Shown: positions 1 through 11,998, counted from the first letter of the stretch. The stretch: DNA of 64,000 bases from Bryobacterales bacterium (GCA_963422375.2 CAXXKD010000001.1:384001-448000); one strand, 5' to 3'. Notes: generated by a model not told the origin, from the sequence alone. Numbers and translations: made by a program.

Positions 1-145
1 TGATGGGGAACGGAACCCGATGAACTTGCCCTACTGCTCTACCGCAGCCCCCGGTACCCGCCATCCGAGATGCCGAGAGCAGCGGTGCATCAATGCGTCC
101 CTCCGGCAGTGGCTGTCGGCCACCTACGCCATGCTGAGCGCCTAT

Positions 146-174
146 ACCCTACACACTGCCTCGAGCCCTGTCAA
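146..174 (-). promoter_or_regulatory. Putative sigma70 promoter pointing out of the window
   Basis: Minus strand TTGACA-17 nt-TAGGGT with a TG just upstream of the -10. Confidence 0.4.
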
Positions 175-523
175 GCGTCCGGCCCGCGCGGCCATGCGCG
201 AGTGCAACCTCATGCGGAGGCTTCGGCCCGGAGCGCCGGGCAGGCCGCCGGGAGCAGGTACGCGCCTCGTTCCCGCGACCCCACGCTCCTCGAAGCGCTG
301 GTGGTCGGAGGCACGATACCGGCCTGCGGATCCGAAGACGGCCGCGGGGGCGTCTCGGTGCCGAGCATGGTTCGCTTCCAGCCGGCGGCTCGGTCTTGCG
401 ACGGCTGCTGCGGCAGGAATTGCCGGAGTTGTCGCTCGGGAGCCGATGATTCTAGTTTGGCTGCCGCATCATTGCCGCAGGATTGCGCGGGGCGAGGGGC
501 CTCGCCATAATGGGGCGACTCAT

Positions 524-2113
524 ATGCAGGTTCTTAGCACGCTCTTCGTGGCCTTGCTCGCGGCGGCCGCGCCCTGTGCCGCCGGGGACTGGCCGACATT
601 CGGATACGACGCTCGGAGGAGCGGCTGGGCACGGTCCGAGGTGACCCTCAACCGGGAGAACGCCGGGGACTTGGTTCTGAAGTGGAAGACGAAGGTCAAG
701 AACGAGCCCAAGTCCCTCGCGTCGCTGACGGCGCCGATCGTCGTCACGGACGTCCGTACCGGGGAAGGGCGCGGGGCCAAGCAGGACTTGGTCTACGTCG
801 CGGGCACCGGCGACGTCTTCTATGCGATCGACGCTTCCAGCGGCGAGATCGTTTGGGAGAAGCAGTTCAGGACCGACGTGCAGAACAAGGTTCCGGGCAT
901 GTGGCTCTGCCCAAAGGGGCTCAACGCGACGCCCACGGTCGATCTGGCGAAGAACACGATCTACGTGATCTCGACGGACGGCCGCCTCTACGCTCTCGAT
1001 CTCGGCACCGGCAAGGAGAAGTACCGCTCCCAGCAGTGGGTTCCGGCCTTCGCCAAGGCTTGGAGCCTGAATCGCATCGGCGACGTGCTGTATACGACCA
1101 TCTCCCAGCAGTGCGGGGACGCAGTCTCGGGTGTCACGTCGATTGACGTGTCGAACCCCGAGAACATCGTGATCCGCGTGTGGCGGGCGACGCCGGAGTA
1201 CGGGGCGGGAGTGTGGGGCCGCGCCGGCGTGGCCATCGGGCGGGACGGAGGCATCTACGCGGGAACCGGGGACGCGCCGTACAACCCCGGCCGGCGGATC
1301 TTCGGCAACACCATGTTCCGGCTGGACCCCGACACCTTGGAACTCGTCGACTACTACACCCCGGCGAACTGGGAGTACGTCTGGAAGCGCGATTTCGACA
1401 TTACGGCTTCGGCCTTGGTCGTGGATTACAAGGGCAGGGAGCTGGTCGTCATCGGCGGCAAGGAAGGCGTGCTCTACCTGATGGACGCCGAGAACATGGG
1501 CGGCCTGACCCATCACGACAACCTCTACACCACGCCCCTGCTGTCGAACGACGACGAATGGTTCGAGGCCAAGGGCCTCTGGGGAGGCTTCTCGAGCTAC
1601 GTGGACGACCGCGACCGGGTCTGGATCTACGTGCCGACGTGGGGCCCGGTGTCGACGCGGGCCCCCGAATTCCCGATCGATAACGGGCCGAACCCGAACG
1701 GCTCGGTCATGGCCTTCACGCTGGCGGACCGACCCGGAACCGGCGAGCCGTACCTCAAGGCCGAGTGGGTCAGCGGCGATTTCGCCGTGCCCGAACCGGT
1801 GGCTATCGCCAACGACGTGGTCTTCGCGCTCTCGAACGGGGAGAACGCGAGGCAGACGGTGAATGCCGGAATATTCCCGTTCGGGGATTTCGATTCCGAG
1901 GAGCTGCTGGAGGACACCCAGCGGACCGAGTACGACGACTCGGCCAGGCTGCGGGCGCTGGACGCCCAGACCGGAGAGCTACTGTTCGACTCGGGTCCCG
2001 ACGCCATCGAAACATGGAGCCATTTCACGGGGATCGCAGTCGCCGACGGCCAGGTGTACGCGGTCGACTTCTCGGCGACCGTCTACTGCTTCGGTCTCCC
2101 CGAAGCCGAATGA
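524..2113 (+). CDS. Secreted PQQ-binding-like beta-propeller protein
   Basis: Signal peptide MQVLSTLFVALLAAAAPCAA then DWPTFGYDARRSGW and repeated YAIDASSGEIVW / LYALDLGTGK blades; start moved from 20 to ATG 524. Confidence 0.85.
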   Translation: MQVLSTLFVALLAAAAPCAAGDWPTFGYDARRSGWARSEVTLNRENAGDLVLKWKTKVKNEPKSLASLTAPIVVTDVRTGEGRGAKQDLVYVAGTGDVFYAIDASSGEIVWEKQFRTDVQNKVPGMWLCPKGLNATPTVDLAKNTIYVISTDGRLYALDLGTGKEKYRSQQWVPAFAKAWSLNRIGDVLYTTISQQCGDAVSGVTSIDVSNPENIVIRVWRATPEYGAGVWGRAGVAIGRDGGIYAGTGDAPYNPGRRIFGNTMFRLDPDTLELVDYYTPANWEYVWKRDFDITASALVVDYKGRELVVIGGKEGVLYLMDAENMGGLTHHDNLYTTPLLSNDDEWFEAKGLWGGFSSYVDDRDRVWIYVPTWGPVSTRAPEFPIDNGPNPNGSVMAFTLADRPGTGEPYLKAEWVSGDFAVPEPVAIANDVVFALSNGENARQTVNAGIFPFGDFDSEELLEDTQRTEYDDSARLRALDAQTGELLFDSGPDAIETWSHFTGIAVADGQVYAVDFSATVYCFGLPEAE

Positions 2114-3126
2114 GGCGTGAGGTCGCCGCCGCTGAAGGTCTCCGTCTGCGAGCGCGAGCGTAGTTCCCGGAACCTTCGCAGCGCGCTGGCGGCGTCGCGA
2201 TGCTTGCCGGAGCGACGGTAGACGCGGGCCAGCGCGTAGTGCGGCCGGTGGTCGCTCGGCGCCGCGGCGGCGGCCCTGCCGAGGGATCGGATCGCGTCGT
2301 CGAAGGCGGACTTTCTCTCCAGCAGCAGGCCGAGCCAGTAGTGAGCCTGGCCTCGCTCGTCATACCTCAGGGACTCGCGCAGGAGTGCCTCGGCCCGCTC
2401 CAGCCGGGATTGGCGGTATAGCATGGACCCGAGCAGCAGAGGCGGTACGCCCGACGGTGCCTCGCCCGCCCGGTTGAGTTCCACGGCTTTCTCGTAGTGC
2501 GCGGCGGCCCGCCAGGCGTTCCCCAGCGCCTCGTGGCTGCGGCCGAGAAAGCTCCGGCTGTCCGCCGACCCGGAGTCCAGCTCGCACGCCCTCGCGAATG
2601 ACGCCGCGGCCCGCTCGAAGCGCTTTGTCGTGTAGGCGTTCAGGCCGAGGTAGTAGTGGGCCATCGCGTCCTCGGGAGCGAGCTTGGCCGCGATCTCGAA
2701 GAACGTCTCGGCCAGATCCTCCCTTCCGAGCCGGACCAAGCACAGTCCGAGCGCCTTGCTGGTGTCCGGATCCCCTTGGTCGCGGCTGAAGCTGCGGTTC
2801 AGGTCGGCCAGGGCGCTTTCGTAGCGGCCTTGGCCGTACAAGATCATTCCGCGCAGCAGGAGATCGCGAGCTGTCTCCCCTTGGGACTCGATGCGCTCTT
2901 GCAGGGCGGCCGCGGCCTCCGCGAGCAGGCCTCGGTCGATCATGCGCTCGACATTCCGGTCCGGTTCGGCGGCGGCCTGGCTGCCCGCGACCGCCGCGGG
3001 CGGTGCCGCCCAAGCCGCCAGCAGCCCCAGCGCGGCGAGAGCGGCCCAGCTGCGTGGCACGGCCTTGGGGAAGCGGGCGCGAGACCGCCGCGGCCGAACG
3101 CTTCCCTCGGGTGCGGTCCGGCCCAT
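2083..3126 (-). CDS. Tetratricopeptide repeat protein, probably exported
   Basis: Hydrophobic N-terminal segment; TPR motifs [28 protein letters not shown]; start uncertain. Confidence 0.8.
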   Translation of the reverse strand: MGRTAPEGSVRPRRSRARFPKAVPRSWAALAALGLLAAWAAPPAAVAGSQAAAEPDRNVERMIDRGLLAEAAAALQERIESQGETARDLLLRGMILYGQGRYESALADLNRSFSRDQGDPDTSKALGLCLVRLGREDLAETFFEIAAKLAPEDAMAHYYLGLNAYTTKRFERAAASFARACELDSGSADSRSFLGRSHEALGNAWRAAAHYEKAVELNRAGEAPSGVPPLLLGSMLYRQSRLERAEALLRESLRYDERGQAHYWLGLLLERKSAFDDAIRSLGRAAAAAPSDHRPHYALARVYRRSGKHRDAASALRRFRELRSRSQTETFSGGDLTPHSASGRPKQ

Positions 3127-3239
3127 GAGTCGCCGCGCCGGCCTACGCCGGCTCCCGCGCCGATCGCTCGGGCAGCCGAGTGCCGCCGCGCCCTCCGGTC
3201 ATTGCAGCCTCCGCGGCGCGGCTCGCTCCGGATCCCGGG

Positions 3240-3929
3240 TCATCCCGGAGGCGGCTCCCTCTTGCCGAATATTGCGGTGCCGACCCGGACATGGGTGGCG
3301 CCTTCCTCGATCGCGACCTCCAGGTCGTGGCTCATGCCCATCGAGAGCCCCGAGATGCCGTGCGGCGCGGCGAGCTCGCGCAGGTGTCGGAAGTACGGCC
3401 GCGAATCTTCCGGGTCCGCGCTCCAGGGGGGCATCGTCATCAGCCCGGCGAGCCGCAGGCCCGGTGCCGCCGCGGCGGCCTCCAGGACGGCCGGTAGCGA
3501 CGGCGGGTCCATTCCCGCCTTGGACTGCTCGCGGCTCAGCTTGACCTCGAGGAAGACTTCCAGATCCGCGGCGAAGCGGTCCAGCCGCTCCGCCAGCCTC
3601 ACGCTGTCGAGTGTGTGAACCGTCGCGAACAGACCCGCCGCGCGCTTCACCTTGTTGCGCTGGAGCCTGCCGATCATGTGAAAGCGCGCCCCCGGCAGGT
3701 CGGGCAGCGCGGCGGCCTTGCGCTCGAATTCCTGGACGTAGTTCTCGCCGAAGTCCCTCTGGCCCGCCTCGTAGGCGGCGACGATGTCCTCCGGCGGCTT
3801 GCGCTTCGACACCGCGACCAAGGTGATCGCGCCGGGGAAGCGCCCCGCGCGCCCGGCCGCGGCTGCGATCCGCTGGCGGACCGCGTCGAGGCGGCTCGCG
3901 ATGCCAGATCGGGATCGGCCCGGGTCCAT
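3240..3929 (-). CDS. yggS: PLP homeostasis protein, YggS family
   Basis: [41 protein letters not shown] motifs. Confidence 0.95.
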   Translation of the reverse strand: MDPGRSRSGIASRLDAVRQRIAAAAGRAGRFPGAITLVAVSKRKPPEDIVAAYEAGQRDFGENYVQEFERKAAALPDLPGARFHMIGRLQRNKVKRAAGLFATVHTLDSVRLAERLDRFAADLEVFLEVKLSREQSKAGMDPPSLPAVLEAAAAAPGLRLAGLMTMPPWSADPEDSRPYFRHLRELAAPHGISGLSMGMSHDLEVAIEEGATHVRVGTAIFGKREPPPG

Positions 3930-3998
3930 ATCCCTTCAGTTTGCGCGCCCGGCCGGGGAATCGCAAGTCGCGCCGCGGGGCCCGCGACGCAGGCCCGG

Positions 3999-5432
3999 TC
4001 AGGCCAGCGCGTCCCGGATCACGTGCCCGTGGACGTCCGTCAGCCGCCGGTCGATGCCGTTGTGCCGGAAGGTCAGCTTGGTGTGGTCGATGCCCAGCAG
4101 GTGCAACACGGTGGCGTGCAGGTCGTAGCAGTAGATGGGATTCTCGAGCGCCTTGTACGACCACTCGTCGCTCGCGCCGTAGACGGTGCCGCCGCGAACG
4201 CCGCCGCCGGCCAGCCAGGATGTGAACGTGAATGGGTTGTGGTCGCGGCCGATCGATCCTTGGCTGCACGGCATCCGGCCGAACTCTGTGGTCCAGTACA
4301 CAATCGTGTCTTCCAGCAGGCCCCGCGACTGCAGGTCACGGACCAGCGCCGCAGCCGGCCTGTCCATGGACTTGCCCATCGCTCCGTGGTCCTTGACCAG
4401 ATCCTCGTGGCTGTCCCAGTTCCGCCGCGGGAACCCGTTGTCCGCTCCGCTCCATACCTGCACGAACCGGACCCCGCGCTCCACCAGGCGGCGGGCGATC
4501 AGGCAGCGCAGCCCGAAGTCCTCGGTGACGGGGTCGTCGAGGCCGTATAGCCTCTTGGTGGCCTCCGACTCGCCCGACAGGTCCATCACCTGCGGGGCCG
4601 TCACCTGCAGCCTCGCGGCCATCTCGTAGGCTTTGATGCGCGCCTCGAGCCTCGAGTCGCCCGCGCGGCGCGCCATGTGCCCGCGGTTCAGCTCTTCCAG
4701 CAGGTCGAGTCCGGCCGCCTCGCTCGCGGGCGTGACGAAGTCCGCCGACGCGGGCGGGAACAGGTCGTGGATCGGATTCTCGCGCCCCGCCCGGATCATC
4801 GTGCCTTGATGCTGTGCCGGCAGGAACGCCGCCGTGTGGTTGCCGGGGCCGTTGGGCGCGAAGCCCCGCGCGTCCGGCAGCACCACGAACGACGGGAGGT
4901 CGTCGGACAGGCTTCCGAGCCCGTACGAAATCCAAGCGCCCATGCTGGGAAAGCCCGGCAGCACGAAGCCGCTGTTCTGCATGAACGTGGCCGGGCCGTG
5001 CACGTTCGACTTCGAGATCATCGACGGGAAGAAGGCCATCTCGTCCACGCACGCGGCAAGGCGCGGCACGAGGCTGCTCATCCATTTGCCGGACTCGCCG
5101 TGCTGCCGCCAGGACCACGGGCTCTGCATGACCGGGCCGGGGTCGCTCTGGAACAGCTCCACCTTGCCGCCCGGGTCGAACTTCTCCCCGCTGCGCTGGA
5201 TCAGCAGGGGCTTGTAGTCGAACGTGTCGCACTGGCTGGCGGCGCCGGACATGAAGAGCTGCACGACTCGCTTCGCCTTGGCGCGATGATGCAGTCCCCC
5301 GTCAAGGCCCGACCCGGCGGCGCTCGAATCGCGGCCCATCAGGTGGGCCAAGGCCACCCAGCCTAGGCCGCCGCCCCAAGTCTCCAGGAAGCGGCGGCGG
5401 TCGATCGTGCGGCGGGCCCGGGCCTGCGTCAT
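3999..5432 (-). CDS. DUF1501 domain protein with Tat-like signal
   Basis: RRRFL leader, KAKRVVQLFMSGAASQCDTFDYKP, TTEFGRMP, GRDHNP, C-terminal RRLTDVHGHVI. Confidence 0.9.
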   Translation of the reverse strand: MTQARARRTIDRRRFLETWGGGLGWVALAHLMGRDSSAAGSGLDGGLHHRAKAKRVVQLFMSGAASQCDTFDYKPLLIQRSGEKFDPGGKVELFQSDPGPVMQSPWSWRQHGESGKWMSSLVPRLAACVDEMAFFPSMISKSNVHGPATFMQNSGFVLPGFPSMGAWISYGLGSLSDDLPSFVVLPDARGFAPNGPGNHTAAFLPAQHQGTMIRAGRENPIHDLFPPASADFVTPASEAAGLDLLEELNRGHMARRAGDSRLEARIKAYEMAARLQVTAPQVMDLSGESEATKRLYGLDDPVTEDFGLRCLIARRLVERGVRFVQVWSGADNGFPRRNWDSHEDLVKDHGAMGKSMDRPAAALVRDLQSRGLLEDTIVYWTTEFGRMPCSQGSIGRDHNPFTFTSWLAGGGVRGGTVYGASDEWSYKALENPIYCYDLHATVLHLLGIDHTKLTFRHNGIDRRLTDVHGHVIRDALA

Positions 5433-5436
5433 GGCT

Positions 5437-7977
5437 CTAGTCCACGAAAATGAATTCGTTGCTGTTGACGAGCAGCCGGACGGCGTTCGTGAGGCCGTGC
5501 TCGCGGGCGTGGGCCGCGAGCGCCTGCGTCTCGCGGGCGGAAGCGCCGCGCCCGTACGCCAGCCGAATGCCGTAGTCGATCTGCGCCCGGAGGGTGTCCT
5601 CGCGCTCGCGGAGGCGCTGCGCGAAATGCCGCGACTGGGTGACCACGAGCGGGTCGTTGAGCAGGGCCAGCGCCTGGATGGCGGTTAGCGTGCTGCTGCG
5701 CTTGGGGACGAGCAGCGACGGGTCGGCGCAGTCGAGGCTTTCCATGAAAGGGTCCTGGACGCTGCGCACGAGGAAGCGGTAGACGCCTCGGCGCCGGGCC
5801 GCCGGGCTCGAGACGTCGAAGCTCGTGTAGTCGTACACCGGCGAGTGGTCGTCCTTGAAGAGAAAGTGCTCGGCTGACGGCCCTCCCATCGCGAGATCCA
5901 GCTGGCCCCCGACCCAGAGGACCGAGTCGCGGACCGCCTCCGCGTCCAGGCGCGTGCGGTTCATGCGCCACAGGAAGCGGTTGCCGGCATCCTTCGTAGC
6001 TTGCTCGGGGTCGTGCGCGGACGACTGGCGGTAGGTTGCGCTGAGCAGGATCTTGCGGTGCAGCGCCTTCAGGGAGCCGCCTGCGTCCCGGAAATCCGCG
6101 GCGAGCCAGTCCAGCAGCTCCGGATGCGTCGGCTCCCCGCCCATCCGGCCGAAGTCGCTGGGCGACTCCGCCAGCCCGCGCCCAAAGTGGTAGTGCCACG
6201 CACGGTTCACGATGGACCGCCAGGTCAAGGGGTTGCGCGGGTCGGCGAGCCAGCCCGCCAGCGCGGCGCGGGCCGCGCCCTCGCGTCCGGGAGGATCCGG
6301 CTCGAACCGTCCGGCGGGGCCGGGCACGGCCGTCACGGCTCCCGGCACGGCTCGTGTGCCGGGCGCCTCGACGCTGCCCTTGGCGAGAACGTGGACGGGC
6401 CGCGGCTCCCAGGCTGGCGTGAACTTGCCGTGCGTCTCGAAGTAGCTCGCGGCGCTGTAGACGTAGCGGGGCTCCCCCAGCGCGTCGAACTCCGCCGCCA
6501 GCGCGGCCGACGCCTCCGCGCGGCGGTCGTACTCGGCCTTGGCGGCGGGTTCCATTAGAGCGATGGCCAGATCCTTGCGCTCGGCGCGGAGCATTACGAT
6601 GCGCTTCGCGATCTCCGCCCGGCGGGCAATCGTTTCGGGAGTGTCGACCTCGCCCACCTTCGGCAGCAGGATCGTGCTCTCCTCCGAGAGGTCGAAGATC
6701 TCCCCGTCGATGCGGTCGATCTGGGGGCTGCTGGTCTCGTCCAGCTGCCGTAGGAAGGGTCGCAGCGCGTCCTCCGCCTTGCCCCTCCGGCGCCACAGAT
6801 CGCGAGCTCTCGCATGCAAGCCGGGCTCCTCGAAGTACGGCTGGTCGGCCCGGTCCACCCCGGCGAAGACCGCCTGCAGTGCGTAGTAGTCGGCCTGCAG
6901 GATGGGGTCGAACTTGTGGTCGTGGCAGCGGGCGCAGTGGACGGTGAGACTGGCGAAGGCCGTCATTGTCGCGGCCAGCATGTCGTCGCGGTCGAGCAGC
7001 CGCGCGAGCTTCTTGTCCTTCGTGTCCTCGCGCAGTTCGGCGTGCCCCACGTAGTCCCACGGCCCGGCTGCGATGAATCCCGTCGCCACGAGGCCTTCTG
7101 GATCGCTTGGCCACAGCACGTCGCCCGCGATCTGCTCCCGGACGAAGCGCCCGTACGGCTTGTCGCCGTTGAGGCTCCGGATGACGTAGTCGCGGTAGGG
7201 CCACGCGTTGCGGCGCGCCTTGTCCTTGTCGTAGCCGTGGGACTCCCCGTAGTGGACGACATCCAGCCAGTGCCGGCCCCAGCGCTCGCCGTAGCGCGGC
7301 GAGGCGAGCAGGCGGTCCACGAGACGTTCGTACGCGTCCGGCGACGGATCGTTGACAAATGCGTCCACCTCGGCCGGATCCGGGGGGATCCCGTGCAGGT
7401 TGAAGGTCATTCTGCGGATCACGACGGCCCTGTCGGCCACGGCGGAAGGGCGGAGGCCCATTTCGGACAGCTTCGCGAAGACGAATCGGTCGATCGCGTT
7501 ACGAGCCCACTCGCCGCCGATGTCCGGCACTGCGGCCGGGTCCAGCGGCCGGAAGGACCACCACGTGCTCGCGCCCGGGCCGGTGTCTCCTGCCCGCGCA
7601 CCTCCTGCGATCCAGCTGCGCAACAGGCCGACCTCGGCGTCTGAGAGCGGCTCTCCGGCGGGCGGCATGGCGGGCCGGTCGCCGGACACCTTGCTCAGCA
7701 GCAAGCTGGCACTGGGGTCCCCCGGCACGACGGCGGGGCCGCTCTGTCCGCCGCGCAGGACGGTCTCCCGTGTCGACAGGTCCAGGCCCGCTTGGCCTCC
7801 CCCCGCCGGATGACAGGCGAAGCAGCGGGCCTGCACCAATGCGAAGACGTCGCCGCGAAAGGTCGGAGCCTCCGTAGCGGGTGCTACAGCTGCCAAGCAA
7901 AGGCAGGCTGCGGAAGTGACCGCTCGCAGCGCCCGTCGCGAGTCCGATCCGTTGGTGCTGAGCCGGGCGGGCGGCAA
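5437..7977 (-). CDS. Planctomycete-type cytochrome c / DUF1549 / DUF1553 protein
   Basis: CFACH and CARCHDHKFDPI heme motifs, YGERWGRHWLD, PTHPELLDWLA, NSNEFIFVD; adjacent to DUF1501. Confidence 0.9.
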   Translation of the reverse strand: MPPARLSTNGSDSRRALRAVTSAACLCLAAVAPATEAPTFRGDVFALVQARCFACHPAGGGQAGLDLSTRETVLRGGQSGPAVVPGDPSASLLLSKVSGDRPAMPPAGEPLSDAEVGLLRSWIAGGARAGDTGPGASTWWSFRPLDPAAVPDIGGEWARNAIDRFVFAKLSEMGLRPSAVADRAVVIRRMTFNLHGIPPDPAEVDAFVNDPSPDAYERLVDRLLASPRYGERWGRHWLDVVHYGESHGYDKDKARRNAWPYRDYVIRSLNGDKPYGRFVREQIAGDVLWPSDPEGLVATGFIAAGPWDYVGHAELREDTKDKKLARLLDRDDMLAATMTAFASLTVHCARCHDHKFDPILQADYYALQAVFAGVDRADQPYFEEPGLHARARDLWRRRGKAEDALRPFLRQLDETSSPQIDRIDGEIFDLSEESTILLPKVGEVDTPETIARRAEIAKRIVMLRAERKDLAIALMEPAAKAEYDRRAEASAALAAEFDALGEPRYVYSAASYFETHGKFTPAWEPRPVHVLAKGSVEAPGTRAVPGAVTAVPGPAGRFEPDPPGREGAARAALAGWLADPRNPLTWRSIVNRAWHYHFGRGLAESPSDFGRMGGEPTHPELLDWLAADFRDAGGSLKALHRKILLSATYRQSSAHDPEQATKDAGNRFLWRMNRTRLDAEAVRDSVLWVGGQLDLAMGGPSAEHFLFKDDHSPVYDYTSFDVSSPAARRRGVYRFLVRSVQDPFMESLDCADPSLLVPKRSSTLTAIQALALLNDPLVVTQSRHFAQRLREREDTLRAQIDYGIRLAYGRGASARETQALAAHAREHGLTNAVRLLVNSNEFIFVD

Positions 7978-9539
7978 GGCGAGGTCATTCTACCCTAGGG
8001 TCCTACTTGGTGCATGTCCATTGGCAGGCCGGCGGCGCGCAGGCTTCGAGTAGGTCCAGGGCGCTGCGACGGTCGCTGACCGCCGCGGGCAAGCGATGTT
8101 TCCGATGGCAGAATCCGAACGCAGGACCTACCGGTTCGACGCCTGCGAGAGGGCCGCTGCCGTGCCGGTTGCGAGCGAGCACGGTACGTCCGCCTCTGTG
8201 CCGTGCGAGAGCTTGGCTACGGGACGGGCGAATTGGGGTGGGGGGCAACGTGAGCGCGACGGGCAGGGCGCGCTCCAATGTCATCGATGCCGAGACCGCC
8301 GACGCCGACCGGGCCAGCAGCTGGTAGGTCGGCATAGTCCACCTGCGCGACGGCCGAGTCGCGGACGGCTGGAGCTCGATGGTCGATCCCTATGAGTGGC
8401 TCGATCCGGTGAACGTGCTGTGTAGGATCTCACATTATATTCTTATTTTATTCTCAAATAATTCCATAGGATGGAGCGACTGTCTTCTCAGCTGGATCCA
8501 CTACTGTACGAAGAGGGAGGGGTGACGTCTCGCTGAAGGGCTCGCGGCCGCGGGTGTGTTTCGCAATAGGATGGCAGCAGCCCCGGGGCGCTCGGGCCGG
8601 TCGACGTGGTGGCTGGGGAGCGGGGCCGGGCTAGGCGGACAGCCAGCGGGGCGAGACCGACCGAGGAGGCGACGCGGGCCTGCGGGGGCAGGCCCGGGAG
8701 CGCCAGCTGCGCGGTCTGGAGGGCGTAGACGGCGCCTGTCACGAGCAGCATCGCCAGGGGCTCGTCGCGGCCGGTGGCCAGCCGGAACCCGCACCGGCCA
8801 TTGCGCGAGCCCGGGGCAATGCCCTTGAAGATACCCCCGCCGGGCAGGGGCCGGGTGCCCGCGAGCTCGGTCCCGCGGAGCGCACCGCGGCGACCGCGGG
8901 AGACAAAGACGGCATTGCGGCGGCGTTCGGCGTGGAGGCTTTCGGACCGCCGAGAGGCCTCCAGCAGGGCACCCGCTGGTGCGGCCGTTCCCGACTCATT
9001 CCATCTGAAAGCGCTACGCCCCGCGAAGCAATCCGGCGAAGAATGGCCGTATCCTCACGAACCAACTTGGGAACCTACACACACAAGAACACACGCAAGG
9101 GCATCGGCGTGAGTCAGGTCATGAGGATTCTCACAGCCGACGCTGCGACCGAGAAGTAGTTTCTCCGTGTCCGCCGATCGCGCGGGAAAGCCCCAACCGC
9201 GTCCGCTCGGGCGCGAAGCAAGAGATCCACGGACTTCGCCAGGGCTCATGGGGCCGAGCCGGTCAAGCACTCCGGGCACGCCTTGTCCCTGATGGGCTCG
9301 CTCCATGCGTTGACTTCCATTCCAAGCACGCTCCGGTCCCTTCACGGGTCCTCTCTGTCCGCAAACTTGCAGGTCCACCCCGACGGGCTGGTGCCGAGAT
9401 ACCGCCTCGCCAGCTGCTCGGCGCATCATGCCTGAAAGCCCCAGGATGCTTCCCGGCCGTCCACTCGACCCAAGGTGACAGCCACGTCGGTCGCAAGCGC
9501 CTGGTCGGCCCGGGCGGTGCGTGGCATCGCGACACGAGT

Positions 9540-10429
9540 TCACCTCCCGTTGAGCCGGGCCAGCAGGGCGTCCGCGGATTCGCCGGACACGATCGCCACG
9601 CAGGCGTCGTCCAGTGCGCTCGGATCCGAGATCGACGCCGGCGCCCTCCTAATCGCTTCGGCTACCGAGTGCCCGAAGCGCGTCTCAACGATTCGCACTA
9701 GCAGGCTCCGCTTGTCCTCCACCGCCTCCTGCCGGGCCTCCCGCCGTCCCTTGTCGACGCCCTCCGCGAGCGCCTTGTCCCTGATGTGCTCTCCCCATTC
9801 CTTGAATCCCCTGAACTCCTCCCGGGCTCAACGCGCCTCAGGCTCGTGGCCACATCCGTCGCGAGCGCCCAGGCCCGCTGCGGATCCCGGTTCCAGCTGA
9901 ACCGCAGCAGCGCTGCCGCGCTGTTGACCGCCAGTTCCGGGCGGTTCACATCCACCTCCCCGCTGGCCACAAGCTCGTACGTCATCGAAGGCAGCCGCCG
10001 CGCCCCTTCCGCGGGCGGGCAAACCAGCCCGCCCAAGTCCCGGGCAGGGCCCCACGCCCCGTCGCCACTGTAGATCATGCACGAATGCACCAAGGGCAGG
10101 GCCGAGCCGTTGATGCGCTTCTCCGCCAGCAGGCCGTTGTACAGCCCCACCTGGCAGGTGACCATGCGCAGCGCCATCAGCGAGTCGGCCTCGGACTGGA
10201 ACTCAACGTGCAGGAAGACGCGGGGCCTGCCCTTGCGGCGGGACTCGACGCTCCACAGCCGGTCGCTCTCGCGCTGCCGCAGTTCCGCCGTGACGCGCCG
10301 GGTCTCCTCGAGCTGCAGCGTGGTGAGGTCGAGTCCCTCCACCCACGGCTCCGGCACGAAGCCCCGCAGGAAGTCGGCCACGATCCCCCGGTGCGAGAAG
10401 CAGAGCTTGAAGAAGGAGTCGTTGACCAT
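9540..10429 (-). pseudogene. Rpn/YhgA-like PD-(D/E)XK nuclease, frameshifted near 9820
   Basis: DSFFKLCFSH, RESDRLW, HVEFQS, ALRM, IYSGDGAW; the C-terminal helical tail (RSLLVRIVETRFG...DALLARL) is in another frame. Confidence 0.75.
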
Positions 10430-10727
10430 GTGCGCCGTGCTACGACTCACTTCTCGGCGGCTCGACGGCCCGCCACCGCCTGGACCGAGGCCGGCCTCCG
10501 TAGTCGGGGGGCGCTCTGTCCGTCCCGTCGGCCCTAACGCGGTGTGCGGGGGAGAGACTGCAGCCATCGCAAGAGGAATAATGTTGTGTTCTTTCAGGAT
10601 GAAACGACTCCATCATTTAGAATAAATTTGGTACATACTGAGCCTTTTGCAAAATTCAGAAAAGAGGGCTGACCGCCCCATGAACGACTAGTTTCCGGGC
10701 TGTTATTCTCGCCGAAAAAGACTCCCT

Positions 10728-11998
10728 TCAGCTGGGCTTGCTCGGCTGCGGGGCGCTCCTGCGGGGATCGGCCCCGTGCAGGCGCAGCTGTCCCGGCCCG
10801 GCCCTGCGGGCGGGCGCTCTTCGCGGCTGTCCCGGCGGCCCGGGCTCTCGGAGCGCCAGGCGCAGGAGCTGCGCGACCGTCAGCGCGAGCACGCCGAACA
10901 GGAGGTGGCACAGCACCTTGCCGTGGCCACCTTGCCGTGGCCGCGGACGCGCACGTGGCGCCCGCCGCAATCGTCCTTCAGGCGGCCGTTGACACGCTCC
11001 ACCGTCGAGCGCTCGCGGTAGCGCAGCTTGGCGGGATCCGCCCGCCCGGCGCTGCGCAGCGCCTTGGCCTCCCGTGCCAGATCCGCCTGCAGCTCCGTCC
11101 GGCCGCGCGGGTTGACAGCGATGAGCGGCACGTGCCCGAGCCGCTTGCTGAAGGCCCGGATCCCGGCCGCGTCGTACGCGCTGTCCATCCGGTCGTACAG
11201 GTTGTCGACGCGGCCCGCGGTCCGTGTCGCCAGCGGGATCGCGGCCTGGCTGTCGTGCAGCGAAGCCGCGGTGAGCAGGCAGCTGACCGGGATCCCGCCG
11301 TCGATCGCGTCGATAGGCAGCTTGTAGCCGCGCCAGCTGACGGTACGGCCCTTGGCGTTGCGCTTGGTGCCGGTATCGCAGTCCTGCGGCAGGTCGTGCA
11401 GCATTGCTTCGAGATTCATGTCCGGCTGCCGCGCCAGTCGGCGCGGAGCGGGCGGCCGCTGCTCGCCCTTGCGAGGGCGCCCGCGCTTGCGTTTCGGCTG
11501 GGGTTCCGGCGCGGGCTTCGCGGCGGGCCGCTCGCGGCCCTCGATGGCGGTCGAATCGCGGGAGACGCGCCCTGCCAAGCGGCCGTCGAGCGTCCGCGCG
11601 AGCAGCGCCTCGTGCAAGCGTCCGGGCAGTTCGCCGACGGCGAACTCGGCGCAGGAGCGCGAGAAGGTTGCCTCGCCGGGCACGGCCCCGGCCAGGTCCC
11701 AGCCGCACAGTCGGCGCAGGGTGCGATCGGTCTGCAGGCGCTCGACCGGCGAGCGCGTAGTGGGCTGGTCGAAGACGGCCTTGGCGATGCAGGCGCGCGC
11801 CATGGCGGCGCGGCTTGCGCGGGGGCGGCCGCGGCCGCCCTGCCCGACGGGCAGGCAGTCCTCGACCTGCGCCAGTTCCACCGCTTGAACGAAGCTGCGG
11901 CAGCGCTCGCCGAGGGGGCCGAGTTCCTGCTCGAGCCAGGGGAACAGCCCCTGCTGGAACGTGAACCAGTACGCGGATACGGTTTCTATCAAGGACAT
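10728..11998 (-). pseudogene. DDE transposase with C-terminal frameshift
   Basis: SRDSTAI, WRGYKL, SLHDSQ, MDSAYD, RSTVERVNGRLKD; 14-bp tandem duplication at about 10914-10941 shifts the frame. Confidence 0.8.

Noticed and set aside
20..523. N-terminal extension of the 697-aa ORF
   Set aside because: Low-complexity Arg/Pro-rich read-through; the signal peptide starts at 524
8000..9500. Short ORFs, possibly a transposase C-terminal remnant near 8700-8850
   Set aside because: Only a vague resemblance; no motif I can defend
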